A stretch of 64,000 nt of DNA from Candidatus Poribacteria bacterium (GTDB taxonomy: Bacteria > Poribacteria > WGA-4E > JAJDTR01), in NCBI GenBank assembly GCA_965232235.1, contig OZ246960.1:3405397-3469396 (forward strand), given 5' to 3'. The notes beneath the pieces were generated by a model. That model saw only the letters and a program-made list of their open reading frames with translations. It did no database searches and had not been told where the DNA came from. The position numbers and the translations under genes are program-made. Below are positions 20,216 through 29,272 of this stretch, piece after piece (position 1 is the stretch's first letter; each line of letters opens with the position of its first letter).

Positions 20216-21554
20216 TCAAAACAAAATAGTAAAGTCAGAACCCGCGACAACACGGCTCGATTCCGAGCACACAGAAGTAGGAAGCGTTTTTGTCTCGAAT
20301 TATCCTCCGTATTCCTTCTGGAGCAAAGAAGCTGTATCTGATGCGATGACGGCATTGGAGTCACCTTCTGTGCGAGGAGCACAATTGGGACTCTATTTGC
20401 ATATTCCGTTTTGCCGGAAACGGTGTAAATTTTGCTATTTTCGGGTTTATACCGACAAGAACAGTTCGGAAATCGAGACTTATCTTGATGCACTCGCCCG
20501 GGAGGTTGAGATTTATAGCACTTTACCGGCTATCAAGGACAGACTCCTGTCATTTGTCTACTTTGGCGGAGGGACGCCTTCCTACATTAGCGCCAAGCAT
20601 TTGAAGACGCTGGTTGATCGGCTGAAGAAAGCGATTCCTTGGGATGGCGCAGACGAAATCGCCTTTGAGTGTGAACCTGGTACCCTGACGCAAACCAAGT
20701 TAGAAGCTATCAGAGAAATTGGTGTAACCCGGTTGAGCCTTGGTGTCGAAAACCTCAACGACGAAATCCTGGCGGAAAATGGGAGAGCGCACCTTTCCAA
20801 GGAAGTATATCGCGTGATGCCGTGGATTGAAGCGCTCGATTTCGATCAGGTGAATATCGACCTGATTGCGGGCATGGTTGGCGAGACGTGGGAGAGTTGG
20901 CGCGAAACGGTTAAGCGGACCATTGATTTGAATCCCGATAGTATTACCGTATATCAGATGGAACTTCCGTTTAACGCTACCTATTCACAGGACATTCTTG
21001 GCGGTAAAGCCTTGCCCGTAGCGAATTGGAAAACCAAGCGCGAATGGCACAACTACGCATTTGAACAGTTTGAACTAGCCGGATACGGCAACTCAAGCGC
21101 ATACACAATGATCAGGAAAGACAAACCGGGCAGATTTGTTTACCGCGATGCAGTCTGGCAGGGTAGTGACATGATGGGTACAGGGGTTGCTTCCTTTTCG
21201 CACCTCAGCGGCACACATTATCAGAATGCAACGGGTTGGAAGGACTACATCGGTGCTCTTGAATCTGGCCGGTTGCCGTTGAGCCGCGCGTTTGTCACCA
21301 CCTCATCGGAGCGTCTTACGCGAGAAATGATACTGCAATTGAAACTGGGAAGAATAGAGGCAGCCTATTTTCGTGATAAGTTCAATACCGATATTGTGGC
21401 TGAATATGGTTCAATCTACAAAAAACTGCAGGACGAAGGTATGCTGACGTTCGGCAAAGATGCAATAGAATTGACACGAAAAGGCTTACTTCAGGTGGAT
21501 GGGTTGTTGCCGGAGTTTTACGCCCTCAACTATCGAAACGCTCGATATACATAA
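20208..21554 (+). CDS. HemN-like (class C) radical SAM protein
   Basis: YLHIPFCRKRCKFCYF, YFGGGTPS, RLSLGV, NIDLIAG, HemN C-terminal LTRKG. Overlaps the upstream stop codon. Confidence 0.9.
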   Translation: MGNQNKIVKSEPATTRLDSEHTEVGSVFVSNYPPYSFWSKEAVSDAMTALESPSVRGAQLGLYLHIPFCRKRCKFCYFRVYTDKNSSEIETYLDALAREVEIYSTLPAIKDRLLSFVYFGGGTPSYISAKHLKTLVDRLKKAIPWDGADEIAFECEPGTLTQTKLEAIREIGVTRLSLGVENLNDEILAENGRAHLSKEVYRVMPWIEALDFDQVNIDLIAGMVGETWESWRETVKRTIDLNPDSITVYQMELPFNATYSQDILGGKALPVANWKTKREWHNYAFEQFELAGYGNSSAYTMIRKDKPGRFVYRDAVWQGSDMMGTGVASFSHLSGTHYQNATGWKDYIGALESGRLPLSRAFVTTSSERLTREMILQLKLGRIEAAYFRDKFNTDIVAEYGSIYKKLQDEGMLTFGKDAIELTRKGLLQVDGLLPEFYALNYRNARYT

Positions 21555-21623
21555 GATTTGATTGGAGATTGCGGCATTTTGTCCGCTGAATTTCGTTCTG
21601 CTCTATGTGATAATATCTTCGAT

Positions 21624-22202
21624 ATGGAAAAATCCGAAGAAACTGCTCCTATTTATACTATCGGCTACGGCGGCCGTTCGGTCGATGAATTCATTCAAGT
21701 GCTGCAAGAGCATGATATTGCGTATCTGATTGACGTGCGTTCAGCGCCTTATTCGCGCTATAAACCCGAATTTTCCAGAGAACCGCTGGATGCGGAATTG
21801 GAACGACACGGAATTCGGTATGTTTTCATGGGCGACACACTGGGGGGACACCCCGACGACGACGAATGCTATGATACGAACGGCAAAGTAGACTACGGTA
21901 AGTTGAAGGTCACCGAACGATATCTAAGCGGGATTAAACGTCTCCAAGGCGCCTTTACACAGCAACAGCGCGTCATTCTCATGTGCAGCGAGAGGAAGCC
22001 GGAGAACTGCCATCGAAGCAAACTGATCGGGGAGACTCTGGCAAAACAGGCTATACATGTCTTTCACATTGATGAAGACGACGAACTGCGGTCGCATGAG
22101 GAATTTGTCAAACAGCTTACGGGGGAGCGGACGACGGAGGAATCTGCCCAGCTCGAATTAAATCTGACTCTTGAGAATACATTGCGTTCACTCCATCGAT
22201 AA
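21624..22202 (+). CDS. DUF488 domain protein
   Basis: IYTIGY, LIDVRSAPYSR, LGG, MCSE.....CHR. Confidence 0.9.
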   Translation: MEKSEETAPIYTIGYGGRSVDEFIQVLQEHDIAYLIDVRSAPYSRYKPEFSREPLDAELERHGIRYVFMGDTLGGHPDDDECYDTNGKVDYGKLKVTERYLSGIKRLQGAFTQQQRVILMCSERKPENCHRSKLIGETLAKQAIHVFHIDEDDELRSHEEFVKQLTGERTTEESAQLELNLTLENTLRSLHR

Positions 22203-22372
22203 GAGACATGCCGTAATATCCATAATGGTTAGTTGCGCTCGTGCACGGGTGCATGACAGAAGTATTGAACATTAGATCCGCGAATCTTGGTCTGAAACAG
22301 TTTTGCTAACACGAAACAGGAAGGGATACTAATGAAGAAGATTACAGAGCCGTGGATACACCCACACTCCGA

Positions 22373-22395
22373 AGCCCCGGTGGGGGCGACAAGTG
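22373..22395. repeat. REP-like GC hairpin (AGCCCC..GGGG family)
   Basis: AGCCCCGGTGGGGGCGACAAGTG resembles the reverse complement of the units at 48826-48852, 48877-48937 and 61041-61057. Confidence 0.5.
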
Positions 22396-22639
22396 GAAAG
22401 GTTAAATTCGCACAAAATCATGAGATTCTGACGAGAGGATAGTAGCAAATGAACTTGCACCTGACTGTCCAAAGGGACTCTAATAGATGCTATCACTCGG
22501 CAAATTCAAAATGAGAATTGGTGACATTATTGTGTGTCTCATTTGCGAACTGATGGCGTTTAGAAGATAAACCGGAAGTTGAGGAAAGATGTTTATACAA
22601 CTTTTGGGCTAGTTTCTTTGAATAGGTTAATTTTGTGTA

Positions 22640-23500
22640 ATGAAAGTCTTAATTGTTGCCAAAAGCCGAATGAAAAACGCTGTGGGAGTCATCGCGATTA
22701 CTCAACAGGGGAACTGCATCCGACTCATACAGTCCCAAAAAACCTCATCGTACGGGGAGCATCGAGGATTTGAGGTCGGAGATGTTTGGGAAATTGCAGT
22801 CACTCGCGTGCATCAGATGATTCAGCCACATTTAAGCGACTTCATGGTTTACAAGCGGCATTGGCTGGCCCCGGCGAAAGACTTTATTGGTTCTATCGAA
22901 CGTCTTATGCATCCGAGAAAAGGACACCCACGTGTGATTTATGAAGGACTTTTGAAATCCACGAGCACGAAAAGCGGGGCACTTTACATTGCCGCGAAAA
23001 GCGGTGTTCCTTCCTACAGCACAACGTTTTGGCGTCCAGATCAGCCGCTTGCATGTACTAAAGAAGGAGCGCGTGTGCGGTTCTGTTATCCGTCTTCCAA
23101 CGGCGGATATACACTTCGATTCGTAGGCTTCCAGAGACCGCTTGAATCAATACCAGCGGAATCTCTTCTGTGCGTATCACTAGCTCATTGGTGGCGGCCG
23201 AAATATAAGCTAGGTGTAGAATCACGTTGCTACGCCCAACTCTACGGCTGGGTTCTTGACAGGGAAGAAAATCTCGCACGGCGTTCAAAGTCGTTTGCGA
23301 CAACGGCTCTGCATGATTATAATTCTTACGCGGCGCAGAGTACTAAAAATGGTCGAATGTGGAGCGATGGGTGGACACCTGACTACCATGATTATCAGGG
23401 ATATGAAGAGTACGACGGGGCGGAGGCATCGCTGGTTCATTCACTATTTTCTGACGATGATCCGGCCGACAGTTGGGAGGGGCCAGGAAATTGGGAGTGA
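22640..23500 (+). CDS. Putative dual OB-fold domain protein with acidic C-terminal tail
   Basis: VLIVAKSRM...IRL, FEVGDVWEI, PH, LLCVSLAHWW...CYAQL pattern, and position next to DUF488. Confidence 0.55.
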   Translation: MKVLIVAKSRMKNAVGVIAITQQGNCIRLIQSQKTSSYGEHRGFEVGDVWEIAVTRVHQMIQPHLSDFMVYKRHWLAPAKDFIGSIERLMHPRKGHPRVIYEGLLKSTSTKSGALYIAAKSGVPSYSTTFWRPDQPLACTKEGARVRFCYPSSNGGYTLRFVGFQRPLESIPAESLLCVSLAHWWRPKYKLGVESRCYAQLYGWVLDREENLARRSKSFATTALHDYNSYAAQSTKNGRMWSDGWTPDYHDYQGYEEYDGAEASLVHSLFSDDDPADSWEGPGNWE

Positions 23501-23707
23501 ATCAAGACAGAATGGGTTTCCTGAGACACTGGTCCCGGCGCTACTACCATTGATGTAGGGCACAGAAATCTAAGATTAATCTGATAATCGCATAATCGCA
23601 CAAATTAGATACTGAAGAGCTTCTATTTAATCTGAGGATCACAAAACAACTGCAGTTTTGTTTTCGCTAATAGTTTGAACTGGGTTTCTCAATAAAGTGA
23701 GGTAACA

Positions 23708-24982
23708 ATGAGAAAAATTTTTTGCTTTTTGGTGATGGCGGTGTTATTTTGCAGAATTATTCCAACGTCGGAGGCCTCGGATTGGCCGCAGTGGAGAGGT
23801 CCTGATAAGGATGGGATCTCTCGGGAAACGGGACTTCTCAAAGAGTGGCCCGATGGCGGCCCCCAAGTCCTCTGGCGAGTTCCACTCGGCGAGGGTTTTT
23901 CCGGTATTTCTGTCATTGGCGGGCGTGTCTATACGATGTTCTCGGAAGGGGATGACGAATTTGTCGTTTGTCTCAATGCGGCAAACGGGGAAGAGATTTG
24001 GCGGTTTCGATCAGATGCCAACTACATCGAATCTATGGGTGGCAATGGCCCCCGTGCAACGCCGACGATTGATGGAGAACTCCTGTTCACCGTTACCGCG
24101 CAAGGTAAATTGTACGCTTTGAATACCGAAAATGGTGAGAAGGTGTGGTCACACGATTTGCAAGGCGAGTTCGGAAGCAAAATACCTAGATGGGGGACCT
24201 GCACGTCGCCGTTGGTGGAAGGCGACTTGCTACTGGTTGAGGTCGGCGGCACCGATGGAAAATCTATCGTCGCTTTTGATAAGACAAGTGGTGATGTCGT
24301 CTGGAGTTCCCTCACTGACGTTCTTGGATATTCCTCTCCCATTGCTGTTACAATCGATGGGATTCGACAACTCATCGTCTTCACAGGAACCCGGTTGGTG
24401 TCCGTGTCACCCGATAACGGACAACTCTATTGGACGTACCCTTGGCAGACGGAGTATGATGTCAACGCCGCTACCCCCGTTTATATTCCGCCGGACAAAA
24501 TCTTCATATCTTCGGGGTATGGCAAAGGAGCCGCAGTGGTGCAAGTCAGGCTTAAGGCTTCTCCTGAATCTGGCGCTGAGGAGAATGAAGGAGAGAAAAA
24601 TCGTGTCGAAATAAATGTTGAAGAGATCTGGAAGAATGAGGAAATGAAAAACCATTTTGCCACTTCGGTTTTGCATGGCGATTACGTTTACGGTTTCGAC
24701 AATGCTATATTGAAATGTATTGACGCAAACACCGGCATGGAAAAATGGAAAACACGCGGGTTCGGTAAGGGCACACTCATGCTTGCGGACGCGCATCTAA
24801 TTATTCTCAGTGACCGCGGAAAGTTAGGCTTGGCGGAGGCGACCCCTTCCGGTTATAACGAGGTGGCGAGTGAAGAAATACTGAGTGGATTGTGCTGGAC
24901 CGTGCCGACGCTGGCCAACGGTAACCTCTACGCGCGGAATGAGAAGGAAATGGTCTGTTTAGACATGACGGGTCAGAATTAA
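23708..24982 (+). CDS. Secreted PQQ/BamB-like beta-propeller protein
   Basis: Signal peptide, DWPQWRGP, GPRATP, YSSP, WTVPTLANG.LYAR. Confidence 0.9.
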   Translation: MRKIFCFLVMAVLFCRIIPTSEASDWPQWRGPDKDGISRETGLLKEWPDGGPQVLWRVPLGEGFSGISVIGGRVYTMFSEGDDEFVVCLNAANGEEIWRFRSDANYIESMGGNGPRATPTIDGELLFTVTAQGKLYALNTENGEKVWSHDLQGEFGSKIPRWGTCTSPLVEGDLLLVEVGGTDGKSIVAFDKTSGDVVWSSLTDVLGYSSPIAVTIDGIRQLIVFTGTRLVSVSPDNGQLYWTYPWQTEYDVNAATPVYIPPDKIFISSGYGKGAAVVQVRLKASPESGAEENEGEKNRVEINVEEIWKNEEMKNHFATSVLHGDYVYGFDNAILKCIDANTGMEKWKTRGFGKGTLMLADAHLIILSDRGKLGLAEATPSGYNEVASEEILSGLCWTVPTLANGNLYARNEKEMVCLDMTGQN

Positions 24983-25005
24983 GGAATAATAGCATAACGG
25001 AGAAA

Positions 25006-26031
25006 ATGACTATGAATCGATGTTTATCTTTACTTGCTGTATTGACGGTGGGCCTGCTTTTAATTGCTCCGAGTGCAAGTTTCACACAGGTGGAGCAGTG
25101 GAGTCCGAAGGCGGATATGATGGGGCCGCGGTTGTTTTTCTCCGCTAGCGCGGTAGACGAGCACGTTTATGTGATGGGCGGAATGCTTGCACAAGTTATT
25201 CCGAACTTGCACGCCTACAACCCGTCAGCGGATGAATGGGGGGTACGCGCAGACATGCCGACAGCGCGAGCCGGGATGTCCAGTGCCGTAGTTGAAGGAA
25301 AACTTTATGTCATTGGGGGTTGGACCGACGCCGAACCCGCAATTGCGGCCGTTGAAGAGTACGATCCGGCAACGGATACTTGGACGCAGCGTGCCGATAT
25401 GCCGACGGCAAGAGCGCTGTTTTCAACGGCTGCGGTTAACGGAAAGATTTACGCTATTGGCGGCATTGCGACAAATCTCGGCCCCGTTTTGGGAGCGGTT
25501 GAGGAGTACGATCCCGTCTTTGATACCTGGACACAGAAATCAGATATGCCGAATCCGAGGTCGGGCATGGCGGCTAGGGCGGTCGATGACAAGATTTACG
25601 TCATCGGAGGCGCGCCCGCAGTTCAGGGACCGGTCTTATCTATGGTTGAAGAATACGACCCTGCCACAGACACCTGGACTCCGAAAGCAGACATGCCGAC
25701 GGGAAGAACCGGTTTTACGGCTGAAGTTGTGAATGATAGAATTTATGCCATCGGCGGAACGACATTTGTTCAGGGACCCGGCCTGCAAACGGTAGAGGAA
25801 TTTCACCCGGCGACAGATCAATGGATGGCAAAACTGGATATGCCTACAGGTCGCGTCTTTTTGCAGTCAGGTGTGGTGAGTGGAAAGATTTATGCTTTGG
25901 GTGGTGTTGTGGCAAACATCGGTCCCGATCTCCTCATGACTGTTGAAGAATATGATGCCGGCGTTGTGTCAACCGCTGTTGCACCACTGTACAAACTGGC
26001 TTCACTCTGGGGGAGCATCAAGACAGATTGA
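25006..26031 (+). CDS. Secreted six-bladed Kelch repeat protein with C-terminal WGxIK motif
   Basis: Six IY(A/V)IGG...VEEYDP..DTW...ADMPT.R repeats, signal peptide, C-terminus AVAPLYKLASLWGSIKTD. Confidence 0.92.
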   Translation: MTMNRCLSLLAVLTVGLLLIAPSASFTQVEQWSPKADMMGPRLFFSASAVDEHVYVMGGMLAQVIPNLHAYNPSADEWGVRADMPTARAGMSSAVVEGKLYVIGGWTDAEPAIAAVEEYDPATDTWTQRADMPTARALFSTAAVNGKIYAIGGIATNLGPVLGAVEEYDPVFDTWTQKSDMPNPRSGMAARAVDDKIYVIGGAPAVQGPVLSMVEEYDPATDTWTPKADMPTGRTGFTAEVVNDRIYAIGGTTFVQGPGLQTVEEFHPATDQWMAKLDMPTGRVFLQSGVVSGKIYALGGVVANIGPDLLMTVEEYDAGVVSTAVAPLYKLASLWGSIKTD

Positions 26032-26032
26032 C

Positions 26033-26704
26033 ATGATTAAGGCCGTTATTTTCGATTTCGATGGGCTTATCCTTGACACGGAAAGTCCAGTCTACCAATC
26101 TTGGCAGGAAATATATCAGTTCTACAATTGTTCATTGCCCATATCGGAGTGGTTGAAGTGCGTTGGTACGGCAGATGCCTTTGACCCTTATGACTATCTT
26201 GAAGCACAGCTCGGTCAACCTATCGATCGCGCCGAACTCCATAAGAAACGAAATGCGCTGAAGAGCAGTCTGATAGATGTGGAATCGGTCATGCCCGGCG
26301 TAGAAGATCGAATTGCCGAGGCTCAAACACTGGGACTAAAGCTCGGAGTCGCTTCCAGTTCACCGAGAAGCTGGGTCGTTGACAACTTGTCCAGATTGAA
26401 TCTAGAACACCACTTTAGTACGATTAAGTGCTGCGAGGACGTAGAGCGCGTCAAGCCGGATCCCGCTCTGTATGTAGGCGCTTTACAAGCACTAAAGGTG
26501 AAAGCGAACGAAGCTATAGTATTTGAAGATTCGCTGAACGGTGTGACGGCTGCCAAACGTGCCGGTATATTTTGCGTGGCAGTTCCGAATGCAATTACTC
26601 GACACTCGTCCTTTGAATTGGCGGATTTGCAGTTGTCCTCTTTGGCGGATATGTCGCTTGAGGAGGTTGTAAGTGATGCAAACAGTAGGGTGCCCAAGAG
26701 GTGA
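26033..26704 (+). CDS. HAD-IA family hydrolase/phosphatase
   Basis: VIFDFDGLILDTE, VASSS, KPDP, FEDSLNG. Confidence 0.92.
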   Translation: MIKAVIFDFDGLILDTESPVYQSWQEIYQFYNCSLPISEWLKCVGTADAFDPYDYLEAQLGQPIDRAELHKKRNALKSSLIDVESVMPGVEDRIAEAQTLGLKLGVASSSPRSWVVDNLSRLNLEHHFSTIKCCEDVERVKPDPALYVGALQALKVKANEAIVFEDSLNGVTAAKRAGIFCVAVPNAITRHSSFELADLQLSSLADMSLEEVVSDANSRVPKR

Positions 26705-26717
26705 AGCCATCACGTAC

Positions 26718-28025
26718 ATGAACAAAGTAGACGGGGCATCACACACTGTTAAACCGATCGATCGAACTGGACTCACAACGAGTCAGCTTGGAAAGTTGCA
26801 ACGCCTGATTTCTACTGTGCTGAAAGGAAATCCATTCTATCGGCGAAAATTAAAGACAGCAGGAATCTGTGAAGAAACGCGGTTTAGCTCTCTTGACGAT
26901 TATCGGCAATTGCCGTTCACTACAAAAGAGGAATTATCTACCGATCAGACGTCCAATCCTCCGTATGGCACTAATCACACCTTCTCCCGTGACCAATACG
27001 TCCGCGTTCATCAGACCTCCGGAACTACAGGGGCGCCGTTGCGTTGGCTGGATACGACAGAAAGTTGGAGGTGGTGGGCGCAGTGTTGGAGAACAGTCTA
27101 TGATGCCGCGGGAGTGACATCTGATGACCGCATCTTTTTTGCATTTTCGTTCGGACCCTTTATCGGCTTCTGGAGTGCATATGAAGGGGCAGCACAAATT
27201 GGGGCTTTGTCAATTCCCGGCGGGGGGATGACATCGCTGCAGCGAATGTCGGCAATTCTGTTTAACGACATTTCTGTTCTTGTTTGTACGCCGACGTACG
27301 CACTCCACCTTGCCGAGGTTGCGGAGGCTGAGGGCATAGATATTACAAAATCAAGTGTCCGTGCCACGATTCATGCGGGGGAGCCGGGAGCGAGCATACC
27401 GTCCACGAAGCACCGCATTGAAAGCGCATGGGGCGCTAAGTGTTACGACCACGTTGGAGCGACGGAGGTCGGCGCTTGGGGTTTTGAATGTCAAGCACAA
27501 GACGGCGTTCATCTGAACGAGCGTGAATTCATTTTTGAGGTTGTTGACCCGACCACTGGCAACTACACCAATGAAGGCGAGTTAGTTATCACAAATCTTG
27601 GGCGACTATGTATGCCCGTTATTCGGTACCGAACCGGCGACCGTGTAAAGTTGCATGATGAGGACTGCGAATGTGGACTTTCGTATAGACGTTTCGATGG
27701 CGGTGTAATTGGACGGTTGGACGACGCGCTCATTGTTCGTGGGGTAAACGTCTATCCGACTGCGATTGAGAACATCGTGCGCAATTTCCCGGAAGTGGGG
27801 GAATTTGCGGTAGACGTGTATCGTCGAGAGGCGCTTGATGAAATGGAGATTCGATTGGAATCTAGCACGCCTGAATACTCTGCTCTTGGGGATGAGGTTA
27901 GCAAAGCGATACGAAAAGCCCTCGGCCTTCGCGTAGCCGCCAAGTTGGTCGATTACGGGTCGCTGCCACGATTTGAGTTAAAGGCGCGCCGGTTCACGGA
28001 TCGTCGCCAAGGCGCCCCCGTATGA
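26718..28025 (+). CDS. Phenylacetate-CoA ligase (PaaK)-family protein
   Basis: LPFTTK, TSGTTG, AGEPG, GATE, RYRTGD, GRLDD..IVRGVNVYP, K.RR C-terminus. Confidence 0.9.
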   Translation: MNKVDGASHTVKPIDRTGLTTSQLGKLQRLISTVLKGNPFYRRKLKTAGICEETRFSSLDDYRQLPFTTKEELSTDQTSNPPYGTNHTFSRDQYVRVHQTSGTTGAPLRWLDTTESWRWWAQCWRTVYDAAGVTSDDRIFFAFSFGPFIGFWSAYEGAAQIGALSIPGGGMTSLQRMSAILFNDISVLVCTPTYALHLAEVAEAEGIDITKSSVRATIHAGEPGASIPSTKHRIESAWGAKCYDHVGATEVGAWGFECQAQDGVHLNEREFIFEVVDPTTGNYTNEGELVITNLGRLCMPVIRYRTGDRVKLHDEDCECGLSYRRFDGGVIGRLDDALIVRGVNVYPTAIENIVRNFPEVGEFAVDVYRREALDEMEIRLESSTPEYSALGDEVSKAIRKALGLRVAAKLVDYGSLPRFELKARRFTDRRQGAPV

Positions 28026-29224
28026 CCGATGAATTGGAATATTGCCGAATGAGACGGCGCGATTTTCTTAAGCTCATCCCGATTGGAATTTCCGCTCACT
28101 GGTTCTCCGGTTGTTCCGGAATTGGCTCTCTTCTGGAAGATTCCGCTGATGATGGCAAGTTTGCCTTGGCTGGCTTTCAGGCTGAAACACTTATGTCAGG
28201 GTTAGACATTCCCTGGGAACTCGCATGGGGACCTGACGACATGATTTGGGTGACGGAGCGCGGAGGGAGGATTCTTCGCGTCGATCCCTTCAGTGGCTAT
28301 GCGGAAGAAGTTGAGAAGATTCAGGTAACGGCGATTGGCGAAAGCGGATTGCTGGGCATGGCATTCCACCCCGATTTTGATGCCCAACCATTTGTTTACT
28401 TCGTTCACTCTTTCAGTATCGGCAACGAAATACGAAATCGGCTGGTCAGAATGCGCTTCAACGGAGTTTCGCTTGAAGCCACCGAGGTACTGCTGGACAA
28501 TATACCGGGCGACGGTATACACAACGGATCGCGCCTTGCGATTGGGCGAGATCGATTCCTCTATATGACGACTGGAGATGCCAACCGCCCGCACCTTTCG
28601 CAGGATTTGGACTCCGTTGCCGGAAAAGTACTCCGCTTCACATTGGACGGCCAACCCGCCCCGGGAAACCCGTTTGGCACGACAATATACTCTTACGGAC
28701 ATCGTAATGCGCAGGGATTGGTCTTTCATCCCGAGACGGATGACCTTTACTTAACGGAACACGGCCCAGCCGATAACGATGAAGTCAACCGGGTCGAGAT
28801 TGGGCGGAATTATGGGTGGCCTGAGGTTCACGGTTTTTGCGACAACGACGTACGGCTGGAAGATGATTTTTGCAAACGAAATAGTGTGGTCGAGCCGGTG
28901 GCAGCCTGGACGCCGACTGTCGCTCCTTGCGGTGCGGATTTCTACAACGCCGATCTTATTCCCGAATGGAAGGGTAGTTTTCTCTTCACGACCCTCAGAG
29001 GGGAATCAATCATACGGTTGACCCTCTCGGCAGACGGTAGTCGGGCTGTTGAAGAGGAGTCGCTGTTTGAGGGTGAGTTTGGACGATTACGTGATGTACT
29101 GGTGGGGCCTAACGGGCTGATTTACTTTGCGACAAGTAATCGCGACGGTCGAGGGACGCCAGCCCCGGAAGACGATCGAATCCTGCGTGTTGAGCCGAAA
29201 TTGGTTGTAGTTGAAAATATCTAA
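28022..29224 (+). CDS. PQQ-dependent aldose sugar dehydrogenase (GSDH/YliI family), predicted Tat lipoprotein
   Basis: RRRDFLK...SGC signal, GLLGMAFHPDF, HNGSRL, YGHRNAQG, EHGP, NYGWP, GRLRDV. Confidence 0.9.
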   Translation: MTDELEYCRMRRRDFLKLIPIGISAHWFSGCSGIGSLLEDSADDGKFALAGFQAETLMSGLDIPWELAWGPDDMIWVTERGGRILRVDPFSGYAEEVEKIQVTAIGESGLLGMAFHPDFDAQPFVYFVHSFSIGNEIRNRLVRMRFNGVSLEATEVLLDNIPGDGIHNGSRLAIGRDRFLYMTTGDANRPHLSQDLDSVAGKVLRFTLDGQPAPGNPFGTTIYSYGHRNAQGLVFHPETDDLYLTEHGPADNDEVNRVEIGRNYGWPEVHGFCDNDVRLEDDFCKRNSVVEPVAAWTPTVAPCGADFYNADLIPEWKGSFLFTTLRGESIIRLTLSADGSRAVEEESLFEGEFGRLRDVLVGPNGLIYFATSNRDGRGTPAPEDDRILRVEPKLVVVENI

Positions 29225-29272
29225 TCGGGAAATTTTGCTCAGGTTATAGATTCAACAGTTCCAAGGACGTCA

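Noticed and set aside
20208-21554. Heme-biosynthetic HemN
   Set aside because: No heme genes nearby and it is coupled to a propeller gene, so it is kept as HemN-like.
10709-24982. Calling the propellers true BamB or methanol/alcohol dehydrogenases
   Set aside because: No bam or pqq context and no recognisable quinoprotein catalytic motifs; only the fold is supported.
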